Shown: one piece after another, positions 12,726 to 25,680 of the stretch | How the letters are laid out: the number at the start of each line of letters is the position of its first letter | Numbering within the stretch: the stretch's first letter is position 1 | Assembly: GCA_973895155.1 (NCBI GenBank) | Contig: OZ316895.1 | Span: forward strand, 24,121,438-24,185,437 | DNA: 64,000 nucleotides | Reading direction: 5' to 3' | DNA from: Marsupella aquatica | Lineage: Eukaryota; Plantae; Marchantiophyta | Made by a program: the position numbers and the translations under genes | Notes under the pieces: model-generated | What the model saw: only the letters and a program-made list of their open reading frames with translations | Database searches by the model: none | Told to the model about the DNA's origin: nothing

Positions 12726-15700
12726 ATGATTTCTCCACCGAGGGCTCACTGCCATGACTCGTTGAAGCCCGTACCTTTCGTGATTGCTGGATCTGCTTAC
12801 GCAGCAACATGTGCTGTGGAGGCCAATTCCGGGAATGCAGTGATTCAGGAACGATTTGCCACTGGGCTTGGTCTTGATACTCAAAATATAGAAATCATTA
12901 GAGATGAAAGCAGTCTGACGGATAGGAAAGGGTTTCGAATGGAAGCAGAGAATGTGGATTCAATGTGTCCACCCGGGGAAAGAGAACGGGGGACCGATAG
13001 CACCATGATACCTGGAATTACTGCGCATACTCCTCTGCAGAGGGAGGCAACTGCTGGGACGAATGACATAACAAGAAATGCAGAATCAAGAACCGTGCAG
13101 AGAGGTGAATTGTCAACCTCAAAAGCTTCAACGGATTGGATGTATCAAAATGAAAGAGGGGCTTTGAGTGGGCCTTACACCCTGCAACAGCTATCAGAGG
13201 GCATGTCCAGTGGCTTCTTGCCAGATGATCTACTAATCCATCATGTGGATGGCCAGAGTGCACCCATATTGCTGAGAGATCTTGTGGGGGCCGAGGCGTT
13301 GGATGTTTCCGTCAATGGTGAGAGTATTTCCAATTGTATTCTCCAGTCCAGGCTCCACGGTGGGGCACAAGTACCTGAATCAGAGCCACCAGGTGTTAGG
13401 GTCAATGGCGAGCACATGTACCCTGAGAACGGCGTATCTCAATATCCTTTCAGAGGTTTTCCGAATATCATCAATTCTTCAATATGTCCCAGTGTTCCAT
13501 CAGCAGGTTTTGAGTCAAGGAATGCATCTCGGCCACCAGCTACTGGAGGTGGACCCCATCCATTTGGCTTCTCTAATCCACAAACTCCCAACATTCATTC
13601 GCAAGCTTATCATCCGGGACCACGACCAGGTTACAATGCACAAACTCCTAACAATCAGCCGCAACCTTATCATTCAGGACCCCCACCAGGTTACAATGCA
13701 CAAACGCCCAACATGCAGTCCCAACCTTATCATCCAGGACCACCACCAGGTTACAATGCACAAACTCCCAACACTCAGACGCAACCTTATCATCCAGGAC
13801 CACCACCAGGCTACAATGCACAAACTTTCAACACTCAGACGCAACCTTATCATCCAGGACCACCACCAGGTTACAATCCACAAACTCCCAACATTCAGTC
13901 GCAACCTTATCATCAAGGACCACCACCAGGTTACAATGCACAAACTCCCAACATTCAGTCACAACCTTATCATCCAGGACCACCACCAGGTAGCAGCGTT
14001 TTGGAACATAACCGAATGTGGACGGATCGGCGTTGGAAGTATCAGGGATTAAATGGCCGAATGGAAGGCCCATTTGGCTTGTCGGAATTGACTCACTGGT
14101 TCCATTCAAATCTTCTCTATGGGTCCTTGCAGGTCTATGATATTCATGAATGTCAAGGGCCAACATCTCTGGAGAATATTCTGTCCAATGGACGAAATGG
14201 AACACTAGCCGGATTGTACAATAGGCCAGCTGCAACCGCTCACAGCATGTGCCAAACCGACGACCAAGCTGGTATCAACCCATTTGTGGGGAATTCGCAT
14301 AGGAATCCCGATGAGGATTTGAACCCTTCGTGTCCGGTCGAGATAACGAGAGTTGATGTGGGAGCTGATTTTCCACAGAATCCTCCTAGTCAGACTGCCA
14401 GTGAGTGTCAAGATGGAAAAGTGGACACCTGTATGCATTCTTCCAAGGAGACTTCGTCACAAGTTGATATCAGTATGGAGCAGTTGTCCTACACTCAGCA
14501 GTCAAGTGAACCTGAGGAGTCTGAGTTGATCCCACCAGGTTTTCAGTCTGCAAGAAATCCAAGTTCGCTTCCTTCAAAAGCCGAGAACCGCAGTGGCCCT
14601 CATGTTAGTCCTTTCTGGCAGTCGAAAGCTATCGGAGGCTTGGGAGTAAAGTCCACTTCAGCAGCAGCAAATCCTCAATCAACGAATCTGCAAGGAGGAA
14701 AGGTTGTGTCACCCCGTCCAGCGGATGAAATTGTAGAAGCGTCTTTCTCATCTAGTTCCGCACCGAGTTCCGGTGTGGAGAAATTGAAGTCATATTCTGA
14801 TCACAGTAAGGATGAGGCTTCATCAAGGGGCTCCGCAGTTTTGCGAGATGGGCATTTAAAGGTTCCTATCCCTTCTCCAAGTTTGAAACCTGATGAGTTG
14901 CTTGACATCAGGGCATTGACGGGCTCGGAAGTCACCCTGAAGGATATATCAGTGGGCACATTGGTGTCTTCCGGATTGAAAAATGAAGATTTGTTGAGCC
15001 CCAGGTCTAGGAGTGTTCCTCAGTCTCCTTTGAGTAGACTTCAAGGGGGTGGAAGTGAGCCTCAGAGTGGGAAACGGAATTTCAAGAGATTAACTAAGTC
15101 GAAAACTGAGAGGGATGAAGTTGTTCCACATGAAGCGGAGATTTATGATCTCAAGATCGACTCCACTCTTTCACTTTGTGACGACTTGCCTGGGTCTCCA
15201 GTTTCTCCACCAAGCCCATTCCTGCAAGAGTCAGTTCTACCAGGAAAGGCCAGACCAAAGAAGAGAAACCTTATGAAGGTTGGATCGAAACAGGAACGTC
15301 ATCCAGATACTTGTAAACGAGTTTGTTCCAGTTCAACCCCAGAAGGAGGTCCCAAGAAACTTGATCGTGAGTTGAAGGTTGCCAACCATGGAAGGTCGTC
15401 GGATTGCAATGGCGTGACAGAAATGCTTAGCGAGAAAGGATACACAAAGACCAAGAAAAGTGTGATCCAAAAGCACTCTGTAACTCCGAGGGCACGTTTA
15501 GATTCAAGTAAATCAGCAGGTGAATCTGCATTTGAGAGGAAGCATTGTAGCGAGAAAATACATACTAAAGCCAAGAAAAGTGTGACCCAGAAGCAATCTG
15601 TAAGTCCTGAGGTACTTCCAGATTCAGGTGAAGTAGCTAAAACCAAGAAAAGCGTGACCCAGCAACAGTTTCTGAGTCAGGAGGTACTTCCAGATACAAG

Positions 15701-18473
15701 TCAAGCAGCGGGTAGCTCTCCAGTTGAGATGAAACAGAGCAACAGGAAAGTTTACACAAAAACCAAGAAAATGATAGCCCAGAAGAATGCTGTAAGTAAG
15801 GAGGTACATCAAGATTCTATTGCAGAAGCAGGTGGCTCTCTCACTGAGTGGAAAGCGTACCAAAAAAACAAGAGGCGTTTGACCTTGAAGCAGTCTGGAA
15901 GTCCTGAGTTGCTCCCAGATCTAGGCAGAGCAGCAGATTGCTATCCAACTGAGAGGAAAATGTACAAAAAATTCAAGAAAAGTGTGACCCAGAAAAAGGC
16001 TGTAAGGTACGATGTACTTCCAGATTCAGGCACAGAAGCAGATGGCTCTCCAACTGAGGGGAAAGTGTACAAACAAATCAAGAAATGTGTGATCCCGAAG
16101 CAGTCTGGAGGGCAGGAGGGACTTCTAGATTCTGGTGATGTAGCGGGTGGCTCTACAGCTGACATGAAGCAGAGTAGTGCGAAAATGTGCAAAAACATCA
16201 AGAAAATTGCTACCCAGAAGCAGTCCTTAACGCAGGAGGTACGTCCAGGTTCAGGTTCAGGTGAAGCAGCTGGTGGCTCCGGAAATGAGATGAAACAGAG
16301 AATCAAGGCAGAGAAACATGTGAGCCAGAAAGATTCAGTTACCAAAAAAAGACCCAGACCTGACAACGATCTGCTTCATTGTCCCTCGGAACGGCAGAAC
16401 AAGGTTGAGCTGTCTCCTCTGAAGAGCCTGCGAGCACATACCCCCGGAGAAAGTGTTGAGCCGATGGAACAAAAGTTGGCCGCGAGGGATTGTACTGCTG
16501 TAGAAAGACCTTCAGGGATTAAGCCATCTCCTCTGAAGAGACTGGTTGAACAAAGCCCGGGGGCAAGTGTTGAGCCAATGGAGCAGAAAGGAAAATTGAC
16601 TGCGAGGGAAAAGTCAGGTGGTATAGAAAGATCTCAGTGTGTGGATAATTCAACCGAGGACGACCCCGACCAAGGTCAAGTAACCTTCCGAAAGTGCAAG
16701 AAATCCAAGGTCACTGAATCTAAGCATCGGAGAGATCCTCCCTGCAATACTATTCCAGGAGAGGACGGTACGGTTTCAAACCGGGAAAAATCCAGCCAAC
16801 TGAAGCACATCACAGGTACCAAGAACTTTGAGCACAGTACCGTTGCTCAATATTTTAATCGTCTTGCCAGGGAGAGTTCTGGTCATAGTGACATTGTCAA
16901 GTGTGAAAGGTCCAAAAAGCTGAAGACAGGGAAAAAGGCCAAGGCCAGTGACAGGAAGCATAGTAAGGATATCGTATCTCTAGCTAACCCAAATGAGATT
17001 GCGTATGAGGTTGGCTATGTACAAAGTCAAATTTTGAAGGTAATGTCCACCAAGGATTGTGCTGTTCTGGATTCAAGCGCGGTAGGAAAGGATCTTATTA
17101 GTAATGTCAAGCCTTGGCCAACCAGTCCAAGTTCTGATTCGACGGAATCAGATGATGGTGAGAGATATCGACTAGTCCCTTGTAAGAAAAATATTGATAG
17201 TCAGCGTTCTAAGAGTGCCACTTCAAACGACCCTTCAACATCATTAGCAATAGTAACAGTATGCCCAGAGCAAGAATGGTCAGAAATATGTTCACAGGTC
17301 GGGGATCCTAACCACCCCCATATGCAACCAGTATCCGTTGAGGCGAAATCAGCGAAATCTGTCCCGAAGAATTTGAAAATTAATCCTATCTTGGTTGATC
17401 CTAAGGCAAAGGACCTCTCTCATATGCAATTGGTACCTTTTGATTTAAAGCAAGGGAAAGCTGCCTCGAAAAGTGTTAAAAGGGACCAGAGTTTGGTCGA
17501 TCCCAAGGCAAAGGACCTGTCCAATATGCAACTGGTACTTGTTGATTCCAAGGCAGGGAAATCTGTCTCCAAAACTTCGAAAAATCATCTGAGGTTGGTT
17601 CGTCAGGAGGCAAAGGACGTCCCCCAGATGCATCTCGTACCTTGTGATGCAAAGTGGGGGAAGTTTTCCTCGAAAATTATGGAAAACCTTCCGAGGTCGG
17701 TTGAATCAGAGGCGAAAGGAAATAACAGTACAGTATTATATACTGGATCTGAGCAAGCTTCTATCTGCCCTGAGTCAAAGGGATGTGCGCGGGTTTCTGT
17801 TGAAGGGTGGGCCTGGAGAGAGTGGGCACGAAAGATGAAGTTGGTGGGGAGAAAGCGTGGGGCTCTTTCTGCCCCTGGATCCAATAAACAGCCCATACAC
17901 TCATTGTCTGGTGTAGATGGGCGTCTGTTGGCCAAAAGCCCTGCCCGAAGCCTTCATTCTGCACGAAAAAATCGGGCAGCTCTACGCAAACTTGCTGTTG
18001 CTGTTGAGGGTAGTGACGTGCTGAAACTTAGCCAACTGAAGGCAAGGAAAAAACGATTGAAATTTCAGCGTAGCAATATTCACGAATGGGGTCTCATTGC
18101 TTTGGATCAAATTGAGGCTGACGACTTCATTATAGAGTATGTTGGGGAACTCATTCGTACAAAGATTTCAGATCTCCGTGAGCAACGGTACGAGTCAATG
18201 GGCATAGGAAGCAGCTACCTTTTCCGTATCGATGATGAGTTTGTGGTGGATGCTACCAGGCGTGGGGGACTGGCTAGGTTTATCAATCATTCTTGTGATC
18301 CCAATTGCTACACCAAAATCATAACAATTGAGGGGCAGAAGAAGGTGGTGATATACTCAAAACGACTCATTAAGGCTGGAGAAGAGCTTACTTATGATTA
18401 TAAGTTTCCTCTTGAAGAGAAGAAAATTACTTGCTGCTGTGGATCTGCAAGATGCAGAGGCTTCATGAACTAA
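12726..18473 (+). CDS. ATXR7: SET1-family histone H3K4 methyltransferase (ATXR7/SDG25-like), 1915 aa, single coding exon
   Basis: Two N-terminal GYF-like motifs (WMY...GPYTLQQL...GFL; WKY...[10 protein letters not shown]), the ATXR7-type block [15 protein letters not shown], and a complete SET plus post-SET domain ([49 protein letters not shown]). The true start may be a later ATG, such as 12939. Confidence 0.93.
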   Translation: MISPPRAHCHDSLKPVPFVIAGSAYAATCAVEANSGNAVIQERFATGLGLDTQNIEIIRDESSLTDRKGFRMEAENVDSMCPPGERERGTDSTMIPGITAHTPLQREATAGTNDITRNAESRTVQRGELSTSKASTDWMYQNERGALSGPYTLQQLSEGMSSGFLPDDLLIHHVDGQSAPILLRDLVGAEALDVSVNGESISNCILQSRLHGGAQVPESEPPGVRVNGEHMYPENGVSQYPFRGFPNIINSSICPSVPSAGFESRNASRPPATGGGPHPFGFSNPQTPNIHSQAYHPGPRPGYNAQTPNNQPQPYHSGPPPGYNAQTPNMQSQPYHPGPPPGYNAQTPNTQTQPYHPGPPPGYNAQTFNTQTQPYHPGPPPGYNPQTPNIQSQPYHQGPPPGYNAQTPNIQSQPYHPGPPPGSSVLEHNRMWTDRRWKYQGLNGRMEGPFGLSELTHWFHSNLLYGSLQVYDIHECQGPTSLENILSNGRNGTLAGLYNRPAATAHSMCQTDDQAGINPFVGNSHRNPDEDLNPSCPVEITRVDVGADFPQNPPSQTASECQDGKVDTCMHSSKETSSQVDISMEQLSYTQQSSEPEESELIPPGFQSARNPSSLPSKAENRSGPHVSPFWQSKAIGGLGVKSTSAAANPQSTNLQGGKVVSPRPADEIVEASFSSSSAPSSGVEKLKSYSDHSKDEASSRGSAVLRDGHLKVPIPSPSLKPDELLDIRALTGSEVTLKDISVGTLVSSGLKNEDLLSPRSRSVPQSPLSRLQGGGSEPQSGKRNFKRLTKSKTERDEVVPHEAEIYDLKIDSTLSLCDDLPGSPVSPPSPFLQESVLPGKARPKKRNLMKVGSKQERHPDTCKRVCSSSTPEGGPKKLDRELKVANHGRSSDCNGVTEMLSEKGYTKTKKSVIQKHSVTPRARLDSSKSAGESAFERKHCSEKIHTKAKKSVTQKQSVSPEVLPDSGEVAKTKKSVTQQQFLSQEVLPDTSQAAGSSPVEMKQSNRKVYTKTKKMIAQKNAVSKEVHQDSIAEAGGSLTEWKAYQKNKRRLTLKQSGSPELLPDLGRAADCYPTERKMYKKFKKSVTQKKAVRYDVLPDSGTEADGSPTEGKVYKQIKKCVIPKQSGGQEGLLDSGDVAGGSTADMKQSSAKMCKNIKKIATQKQSLTQEVRPGSGSGEAAGGSGNEMKQRIKAEKHVSQKDSVTKKRPRPDNDLLHCPSERQNKVELSPLKSLRAHTPGESVEPMEQKLAARDCTAVERPSGIKPSPLKRLVEQSPGASVEPMEQKGKLTAREKSGGIERSQCVDNSTEDDPDQGQVTFRKCKKSKVTESKHRRDPPCNTIPGEDGTVSNREKSSQLKHITGTKNFEHSTVAQYFNRLARESSGHSDIVKCERSKKLKTGKKAKASDRKHSKDIVSLANPNEIAYEVGYVQSQILKVMSTKDCAVLDSSAVGKDLISNVKPWPTSPSSDSTESDDGERYRLVPCKKNIDSQRSKSATSNDPSTSLAIVTVCPEQEWSEICSQVGDPNHPHMQPVSVEAKSAKSVPKNLKINPILVDPKAKDLSHMQLVPFDLKQGKAASKSVKRDQSLVDPKAKDLSNMQLVLVDSKAGKSVSKTSKNHLRLVRQEAKDVPQMHLVPCDAKWGKFSSKIMENLPRSVESEAKGNNSTVLYTGSEQASICPESKGCARVSVEGWAWREWARKMKLVGRKRGALSAPGSNKQPIHSLSGVDGRLLAKSPARSLHSARKNRAALRKLAVAVEGSDVLKLSQLKARKKRLKFQRSNIHEWGLIALDQIEADDFIIEYVGELIRTKISDLREQRYESMGIGSSYLFRIDDEFVVDATRRGGLARFINHSCDPNCYTKIITIEGQKKVVIYSKRLIKAGEELTYDYKFPLEEKKITCCCGSARCRGFMN
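13575..13994 (+). repeat. Coding minisatellite, 7 x 60 bp (20-aa unit [20 protein letters not shown])
   Basis: The 60-nt periodicity is directly visible in lines 13561-13981. Confidence 0.95.
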
Positions 18474-19147
18474 ATATCTTTGTCATGCTGGATCTTCATT
18501 GAATGACAAGGTTCTCCGACACACTACACTGAACCCTTTGTGTGAAGTCCGTAAGACACCTAAAATACTTGGTCGGGCTGCTCTGATCCCAGGGTTAAAA
18601 AGTTTTGCTTGTGCTCTCAGGTCGTGCTCCTTTCCACTTGAAATTGGTGTTTCTTCATTCTTAAGTGGTCTAGAGGTCCATCCGGCCAAGCTAAGAGTTC
18701 CAAGTTTATTTGGAAACGGGTTTTTTCCACTAGTTTCCTGGAAGTCGTGAGCTGAGGAATCCGGATTCTCTTGAACAAAGAGGGATCGCCATAGGTTTAT
18801 ACTGGTAATAGTTGGCTCCACCACGAAAAGATTATGCTGGGACCTGCTGGCTGTACATCAATCAGGACTGGTAAATAGTAGCCGTCTTTGTCAGATGGGG
18901 TGATGAGGTCGGAGAATCAAGGAGCACACATTGTTCAACCAAGTTACGATTTTTCTGTTAGGCAAATACTACTTGGAGCAAAGTTGAGGACAAAAACCAT
19001 ACACTCCCTAGTAAGTGGGAACAGATTTGTCGTTCTACTTAACAGTCTGCTTTCGTCATTGTAGGTAAAAAACTCGTATTCATTAGAAATAAAACCACTT
19101 CGTTTCTGAATTTTTCAATGCATTGTTTTGCAGGGAGGAGCTCGCGA

Positions 19148-22100
19148 ATGATGTACTGCTCGAAAATAGTTTTGATCTTGAGAGCGAGGAAAAATGATCC
19201 TTACGCGTTGCGTTCCTCGGCCCTTAAAGCTCAATCTTCTATTTTGACGAAGTTGTGCGCCCCTCAGTTGGTGGAGGCCTCCGCAGCAGGTATGTGTACG
19301 TGTTGAGTAGCCTAGAAAAGAACTTTAGGGCAGAGGTTTGTGATGTCTTTGCCCTCAGCAAGGGTTTAGGGTTTGTCGCTTGCGCTTCAGTTTGTTTATT
19401 TTGAAGAGAGAACAGCAGCAGGTGCTAGTTAAGTTAAGTTGTTGATTACTTTTATGTTGTGTGTATATGCAATGTAGGAAGCTCATCCTGTAATCTTCGG
19501 TTTACGTCAACCCAAGTCTTGACGGATGAGGATAGCAAAGGCATATCATCATCAAGGTGCGATAAACCCTGAATAGGATCCAGTGAGGCCACTTTTTTAA
19601 TCCTTCATCAGTTTAGTGTGCTTTATTAATGAAGTCTTGGGATCCTAACGTCATTCTCTGGATCCTGTTCAGAGGTTATGTTTCTACTGTCTTTGGGGCG
19701 ACGGGTTTTCTCGGGCGCTATGTCGTCCAAAATCTTGGTAAATTACTACTCATGTGGGGTCTCTTCTTGGACTCGTATGATTATGATTCATGTCTTTATT
19801 CTGAACTGGCTCCCGAAGCTCATAAGTTTCTTTATGGCAAAATTTGGGGCATTTGTTGCTCCACTTGCCCAGTTTGTTCGGCTATGCAATTCATCATCAT
19901 ACTTGTCGTTGTGTCTTACATCGCGAAAACTTGTGGTACAATTTGTAGTGAAAATTGGTTCTCGGGTTATTGTACCCTATAGAGGGTCAGAGGATGATTG
20001 CAAGCACCTCAAAGACATGGGGAACTCGGGACAGGTAGTTAGTCACCATGAGTCCCTATCTCTTTTTCACTCTGATTCTCTGGTGCTGTGTTTCTGACTT
20101 TGAAGTAGCAGCGGATTGACGGGAAGAAGCAGTAGACGTTCCCTTGATTTCTCTCTAGGCAATCCTATGTTTCACTCCATAGTTTAAGGATGATGTCATA
20201 TAATCTTTGCTCACTGTTTATGGTGATTTTGTTGGGGAATTAGGTCGTGCCCTTGAGATATGACATACGCGATGAAGAATCAATTCGGGCAGCAATGACT
20301 GCGTCTAATGTTGTGGTCAATCTCATTGGTAGGTTCTACGTTGTTTTATTCATTTGTTTTTATGATTGCCCTTAGTGTTCACTGGGCGCAAAGCCGTAAC
20401 GGTTTTTTGTTGATTTTGTTGATCGTAGGCAGGGAATACGAAAGCCACAGGTTCGGCTTTGAAGAGCTCAATGTTTGGGTTCCAGAGCGTATTTCACGGG
20501 TATGTGCTATGAAATTCGTCAGCCAGCCATCAGCTTCATATATCATACAGCTAGTTTCCCTTTTGACTTGGTTATAGCAATACAACCAGCAACTACAGTA
20601 CTTGGAAATTTATTAACTAGTGTTCGAATCCTGCTCTCTCTCTCTCGCTCTCTAATATATATGCTTACTTGTACTGAGGATTGGCATTTCTTCGACTCTT
20701 AAATATTGGAACCATAAATGTTAACAATTTTGCAGTTAGTCGCTGAACATGGGAGCATTGACCGCTATATTCACGTTTCAGCTCTGGGTGCTGATTCCGA
20801 TCATCCAGCTCTACAATACAGGACTAAGGCTAAAGGAGAGGAGATCACAAGTCAAACATTTCCAAAGGTACGTACATCTCAATGCATGTTCCGGGATTGT
20901 CTTTTGTCTAGCTCAGGTACTATCTAGAGCTGACTTCACCCGACTAGTACTGAGTTTAGATCCGTCATTTGCAGGCGATAATTATGAGGCCTGCCCATAT
21001 GGTTGGTATCGAAGATCGTCTTCTCAACCGATGGGCTACATTTGCTAAGGAAATGCCCGTGGTACCCATAATTGGGGATGGCAGCAACAAGTACGTTGTG
21101 CAACTTACTCAGACAATGACCGTGTCTTTGGCTGACAATACTCTGCTTCGACTAAGTTCGTGCTCTTGATGAAATTTGAGGTATCTACTGAATTAAGATT
21201 ACATCTGTCTTTCAGATTCCAGCCTGTGCTTGTGACGGACGTTGCTGCAGCAATTGTGGAAACTATAAGTGACGGTGGCGGGAGCATTGGAAAGACGTTT
21301 GAGCTTGGGGGCCCCGATGTCTATACAGTGAATGAGCTTGTATGACCTCTTACACTCCATTTTTCTTGTGTTTTCGTCGTCTGCGGAAGGCAAAAACATC
21401 TTCGTTTTGTATCTGAGGGGTGGATACTTGGTCGCACTTGTCTGAAGTTGTCCTGTCTGTGCGTAGTAGGCCGTCACAAATGAACCCCTGGGCTTCCAAG
21501 TGCAATCGTTTATATCTCCGTGGACCCCCCTTGAGCCTTTTGTTGCACTTGCAGGTGGCTCTTGTATTTGACGTGATTAAAGAGGAGCCTCGTATCTTCC
21601 ATCTCTCTTTCGAAACTTCCAAGGTAAAGAAGATCTCTAACAACTGCTGTGCGGTCTTTGCTGATTCTGTAGTTAATAAACAACATTTCAAAGAGAAAGC
21701 GATCTCGAGCCAATATGTTTTCGATCGGTTTTGAAAGGGAAGAATAGTCTTCAGAAACTCACATCGTTTTTAAAGAAATTCATGTTTGATTGTCTGATAT
21801 GTGCAGTTGATATGTAATGCCATTGGACATGATCTTTACAAAAGTATTCCATTTCCTACACCAAAATTGATCACATTTTCTCGGAACAACATCAGGTCTC
21901 TGAAAAAGCACTACGTTGTGTCTCGAGGAGGTCAGTAGGAAGACTTTCTACTATGATATCCTATTTCTGAGTTTCGCACGTCGCAATGCAATCTAGTTGG
22001 CTAAGATTTCTCTCACATTGGAATCCAATTCGTCACTTAAGAGTATTGTTTCTGTTGATTACAGCACTTACATTCAAGGATCTGGGCATCCAGCCTGGGG

Positions 22101-22207
22101 AAATTAGGGGTGATGTACTTGAGTATTTGCATAAGTACCGCAAAGCTGTAGAGTCCACTTCTGCCACAGTAGGTGCAGAGACAAGTGAAGCTGGTTTGAA
22201 GAATTGA
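19148..22207 (+). CDS. NDUFA9: NADH:ubiquinone oxidoreductase 39-kDa subunit-like (NDUFA9-like, atypical SDR), about 411 aa, 12 coding exons
   Basis: Exons 19148-19289, 19478-19556, 19673-19737, 19949-20034, 20244-20328, 20429-20499, 20736-20867, 20975-21090, 21216-21339, 21555-21623, 21807-21930, 22065-22207. All are GT-AG and phase-compatible. Motifs TVFGATGFLGRYVV, VIVPYRG, VVNLIGREYE, EDRLLNRWA, QPVLVTDVAAAI, GKTFELGGP. The first two exons are less certain. Confidence 0.88.
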
Positions 22208-23178
22208 TAGAGGACCTCCCTTTCCAAGATAGGTGTCCCAAGGGACAAAATGGATCGTGTGTACCTACAATGGTATTACCATACTCATGTCTCCATACGG
22301 CTGCTGTTCAAGAGATGAATACCTTCGGAATTTTGGATTTCGGCTGGTATTATGCTTCTGATGATTCTTGAATATGCAAATTTTCGATGTCCAAGATTCC
22401 TAAAATCCTTCAGGCGTTTAGGAATTAGTGTCACAAACACGGGCATGCATGTGTCGTTTTATTATCTCGATACTGAGAAAAAGTTGCCATTGATGTCCTG
22501 CAACCGCCTACCAAATCAAAGACATTTCAAATTCACATTTGTCCACTAATCAGCATTGTGCATCCATAATAGGGGCTGACAATGAGGTACTATGCACCAT
22601 CATTTTCCGACCCTCAAGCGTTTTACATATTTTGGCACTCGATTTGGCATTAGTGTTAGCAATAAAGGGCACTTAATAAGTATCCCTTTATTTCCTTTCT
22701 AGAGGGGTGCAAGTAGATTGTCCAATATTACGGCAGAATAAATGTGAGCTAGTCGATTGCGCCGAAGGAGCTGAATGTTGTAGGCCTTCGCCTACCTTTA
22801 TGCGGTACCAGGGAGTTGGCTATGTATTGCAGTGTGCATACTTTGTCAGGATCTCTCCCGGATATCAAGATCTCCATGAACCCCACTACACGGCTGGGGA
22901 ATCCTGTATGAAATAGACTTGAGGTTTCATTTTGGCTGCTTGTCCCCAATCTCATTATCCACCCCTTGTATCGCCGACACAAAGAAGTCGGGGACATATT
23001 TTCTAACTCAATCCGTCGGCAAGCCCCGGTCAGAGTGTTCGACTTGGGACTACCCAGGTTCCTGTGGTCCTCTCTTAAAGGAAATTCCTGTGATCCAAGA
23101 GGCAAGGACGTGGTTGTATTGGGATGCCAACCAGATGACATGTACATCTGTAAGAAACCAAGTTGGTTCGGTGTGGAT

Positions 23179-25477
23179 CTACACACGAGATGCCTTTCCA
23201 AGTTTCCTCTCAAAGAGCAGTTTCAAAAGGTACACTTGCAATAGACTAGCTCCAATCACGGCTACCGATTCCAGCACTGCCTTGTAAATTACTCTCTTGC
23301 TCAACGCCGCATTCACTGGCAATGCACCAGCACCACGACCATCAGATTTAACAATTTATACAGCACATTGCATAGCGGATTAGACAAACAAAAACTTTCC
23401 AAGGGGAGAGTGGATGAAAGGAGTCTAAGGCAGAAGAGCAGTACCGATTCCCTGATGCGCAGTTTGAGCTGCAAGCCAATGCTGCTCAAACCGAACCGAA
23501 TAAAGAGCCTCCTCCAGCCGTTGAAGCTGTTCCATAACTAGAGTAAAGTGTTCTGTAACACCAACGGTCAAACTCAGTCAATCCAGAGAGCGAATGTTCG
23601 AAAATGGGCCACAATGATTTGTAACTAAGGGTGACCACTCACTCCACACATCACACGATGATCAACCGAGGGAAAGAATGTGCCCAAATCCAACCAAAGG
23701 TGACTTCCTATTCTGAAGAGCTGCGTCAATTGACATCAAATCCATTAACCTGTAGGACGTGACAAGAGAAGTAAACGAAAGGAATCGGGTTTTGTCGTCT
23801 GATGTCGGTTCACTACAAAGCCCGCTGAAAACTTCAAAATATATGGCAAATTCATGATCATGGTGATTACGAAACCAAATTTTAGTTAGAAGTCGCACCT
23901 TCCTTGGCTACGTCCACGTCTTTTCGAGGAGGGTGGCCAACATAAACATCAAAGTCGATGCTCTCGTGCATAGGAGATAAGTTTTGGAAACAGAACTTGT
24001 AGTAGCCCGCTCTCGGAGCTGTGAAATCGAATTTGTCACTCTCCTTCTTAGTCGCCGTGTAGAAACGTTGACCAAATGGCCCATCCACCTGCAAAATCAC
24101 CAGGAACCGGCAGAAGGAAGCTCAGAGGTATGGTTCCCTAAACCTTCTTACATATTTCAAAAATTTCCGGCAGATGAAGACTCCCGCAGTCCATTTTGTT
24201 CAGAGCCGCTTTCCAACTGTTAAAGCTGTCCAACTATATATCACGGTGCCCAAGGGCAAAAAACGCCAAACCGGGAGACACGATCCCAAAGGCAAAGCAA
24301 CCCAATAAAGGGGAGTAAAAGAGGCGAAAGGGCCCCAAGAAAAAACAAGCCAAGGGGTCCCTAACTGTCCAACTGCGCCGTTATACCCATGACACCCATT
24401 AAAGAAGGCACCGTAATCGAAGAATGACCTAACAATCCGCTTCCTAAACCCAGACCTCAAGACAAGTGCCTAGTTAACAGCAGTACGGAGCTGGAGCGTT
24501 GAGATTTGTAGTCTTCAAGCAATTGAAATATGAACCGAACTGATCCTCTCGATTCTGAAGTGCGGTGTGACAAAACTCCGACCCGATTCGATTCCAAGGA
24601 CACAGTGATCAATCCTACTGAAGGACCCTACCACACTTCGAGCTAAACCCTGAACCTCCGAGCATCAGCCCTACTGCTAGCTTTCAGCCGTGCAGAGCTG
24701 GAGATTGGAGTTCAAGGTATTCGTGCAATTAGGTTAATGTGTCGGATGGAATCCGACGATGAGATCTTCAATTCGGAGCTTCATGATTTTTTTCCCGAAA
24801 TCTAGGCTCCCAGTTGCCCTTTTCCCTGACTTTCACCAGTCAGGGAATTGAAATGCAAGGTTGCCATGAAATGAACATCTGAAATCGAATTGCTCCCTCA
24901 TGATCCAGTTGTTCCAAGGTACAGTGCGTCTAAATTCCATCCGAAAGAGCCAGAGAACGTCAATTGTGAGGTCTGGAACGGACAGATCCTGCCGTCAGTG
25001 ACGAGCCTAGCCATTTCAGCCAGACCTCCAATAGTCGTCAGCAGGATTGGATCTCAAAGTCGTCATGCACTCAACGTCTGAATTAACTTGATTCCCTCGA
25101 TCCAACCATTGTAAAGAACGGCGAGTCTCAATTCTATCCGACCGATAGACCTTCAACTCGAAAAACAAGAATTATCGCTCGTATCGCAAATTGCCATTAC
25201 CACCGTGACCTAAGTGGCTACGGATCTCGAGAGTGAGGGCAGTTACACTTACAGTGACATCGACGCCTACTCGCGAAAAGGACCAGGGGTTGTCGTGCTT
25301 GATAATCACAAAAGATGCATAAACTTTGTCGTAAGGGGTCTCCACATTGTGTTGGAAGCACTCCAAACCGTCCAGCACGAACCGTATTCCCTGCACAGGC
25401 GCTCCGCTAAAGATTGCCGTCCAGCCTAGCAGTAGCACCACCGCTGCCACCTCCCGATGGAGACGCATCTCCTTCAT
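23179..25477 (-). CDS. p24/emp24/GOLD-domain cargo receptor, p24beta subfamily, about 219 aa, 4 exons
   Basis: Exons 25477-25253, 24088-23899, 23552-23445, 23315-23179, phase-compatible. Signal peptide, GIRFVLD..ECF, YKFCFQN.SP.HE.IDFDV, LEEALYSV.FEQHWL, a TM helix, and tail FERKLGKASRV like plant p24beta2. Confidence 0.93.
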
Positions 25478-25619
25478 TGCCCCTTCACCTCAATCTCAAT
25501 CTCAATCTCAATCAGCCTCAATCTCGATTTCCTAGGCAAAGCAACAGAACACAACTATCTATCTCCTTCTCGTTCTCTCCGTGTGTGCAGCAGCTGTTCC
25601 GAATCCTAATTGCCAAAAT

Positions 25620-25624
25620 CTCTC

Positions 25625-25680
<56 letters not shown>

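Noticed and set aside
13575-13994. CRISPR-like periodicity
   Set aside because: The whole 60-bp unit repeats with no unique spacers, it is in frame in a eukaryotic CDS, and no cas genes are present.
13282-14235. Alternative-frame and antisense ORFs with repeated WWW or QDHHQ motifs
   Set aside because: Shadows of the 60-bp coding repeat in the SET gene.
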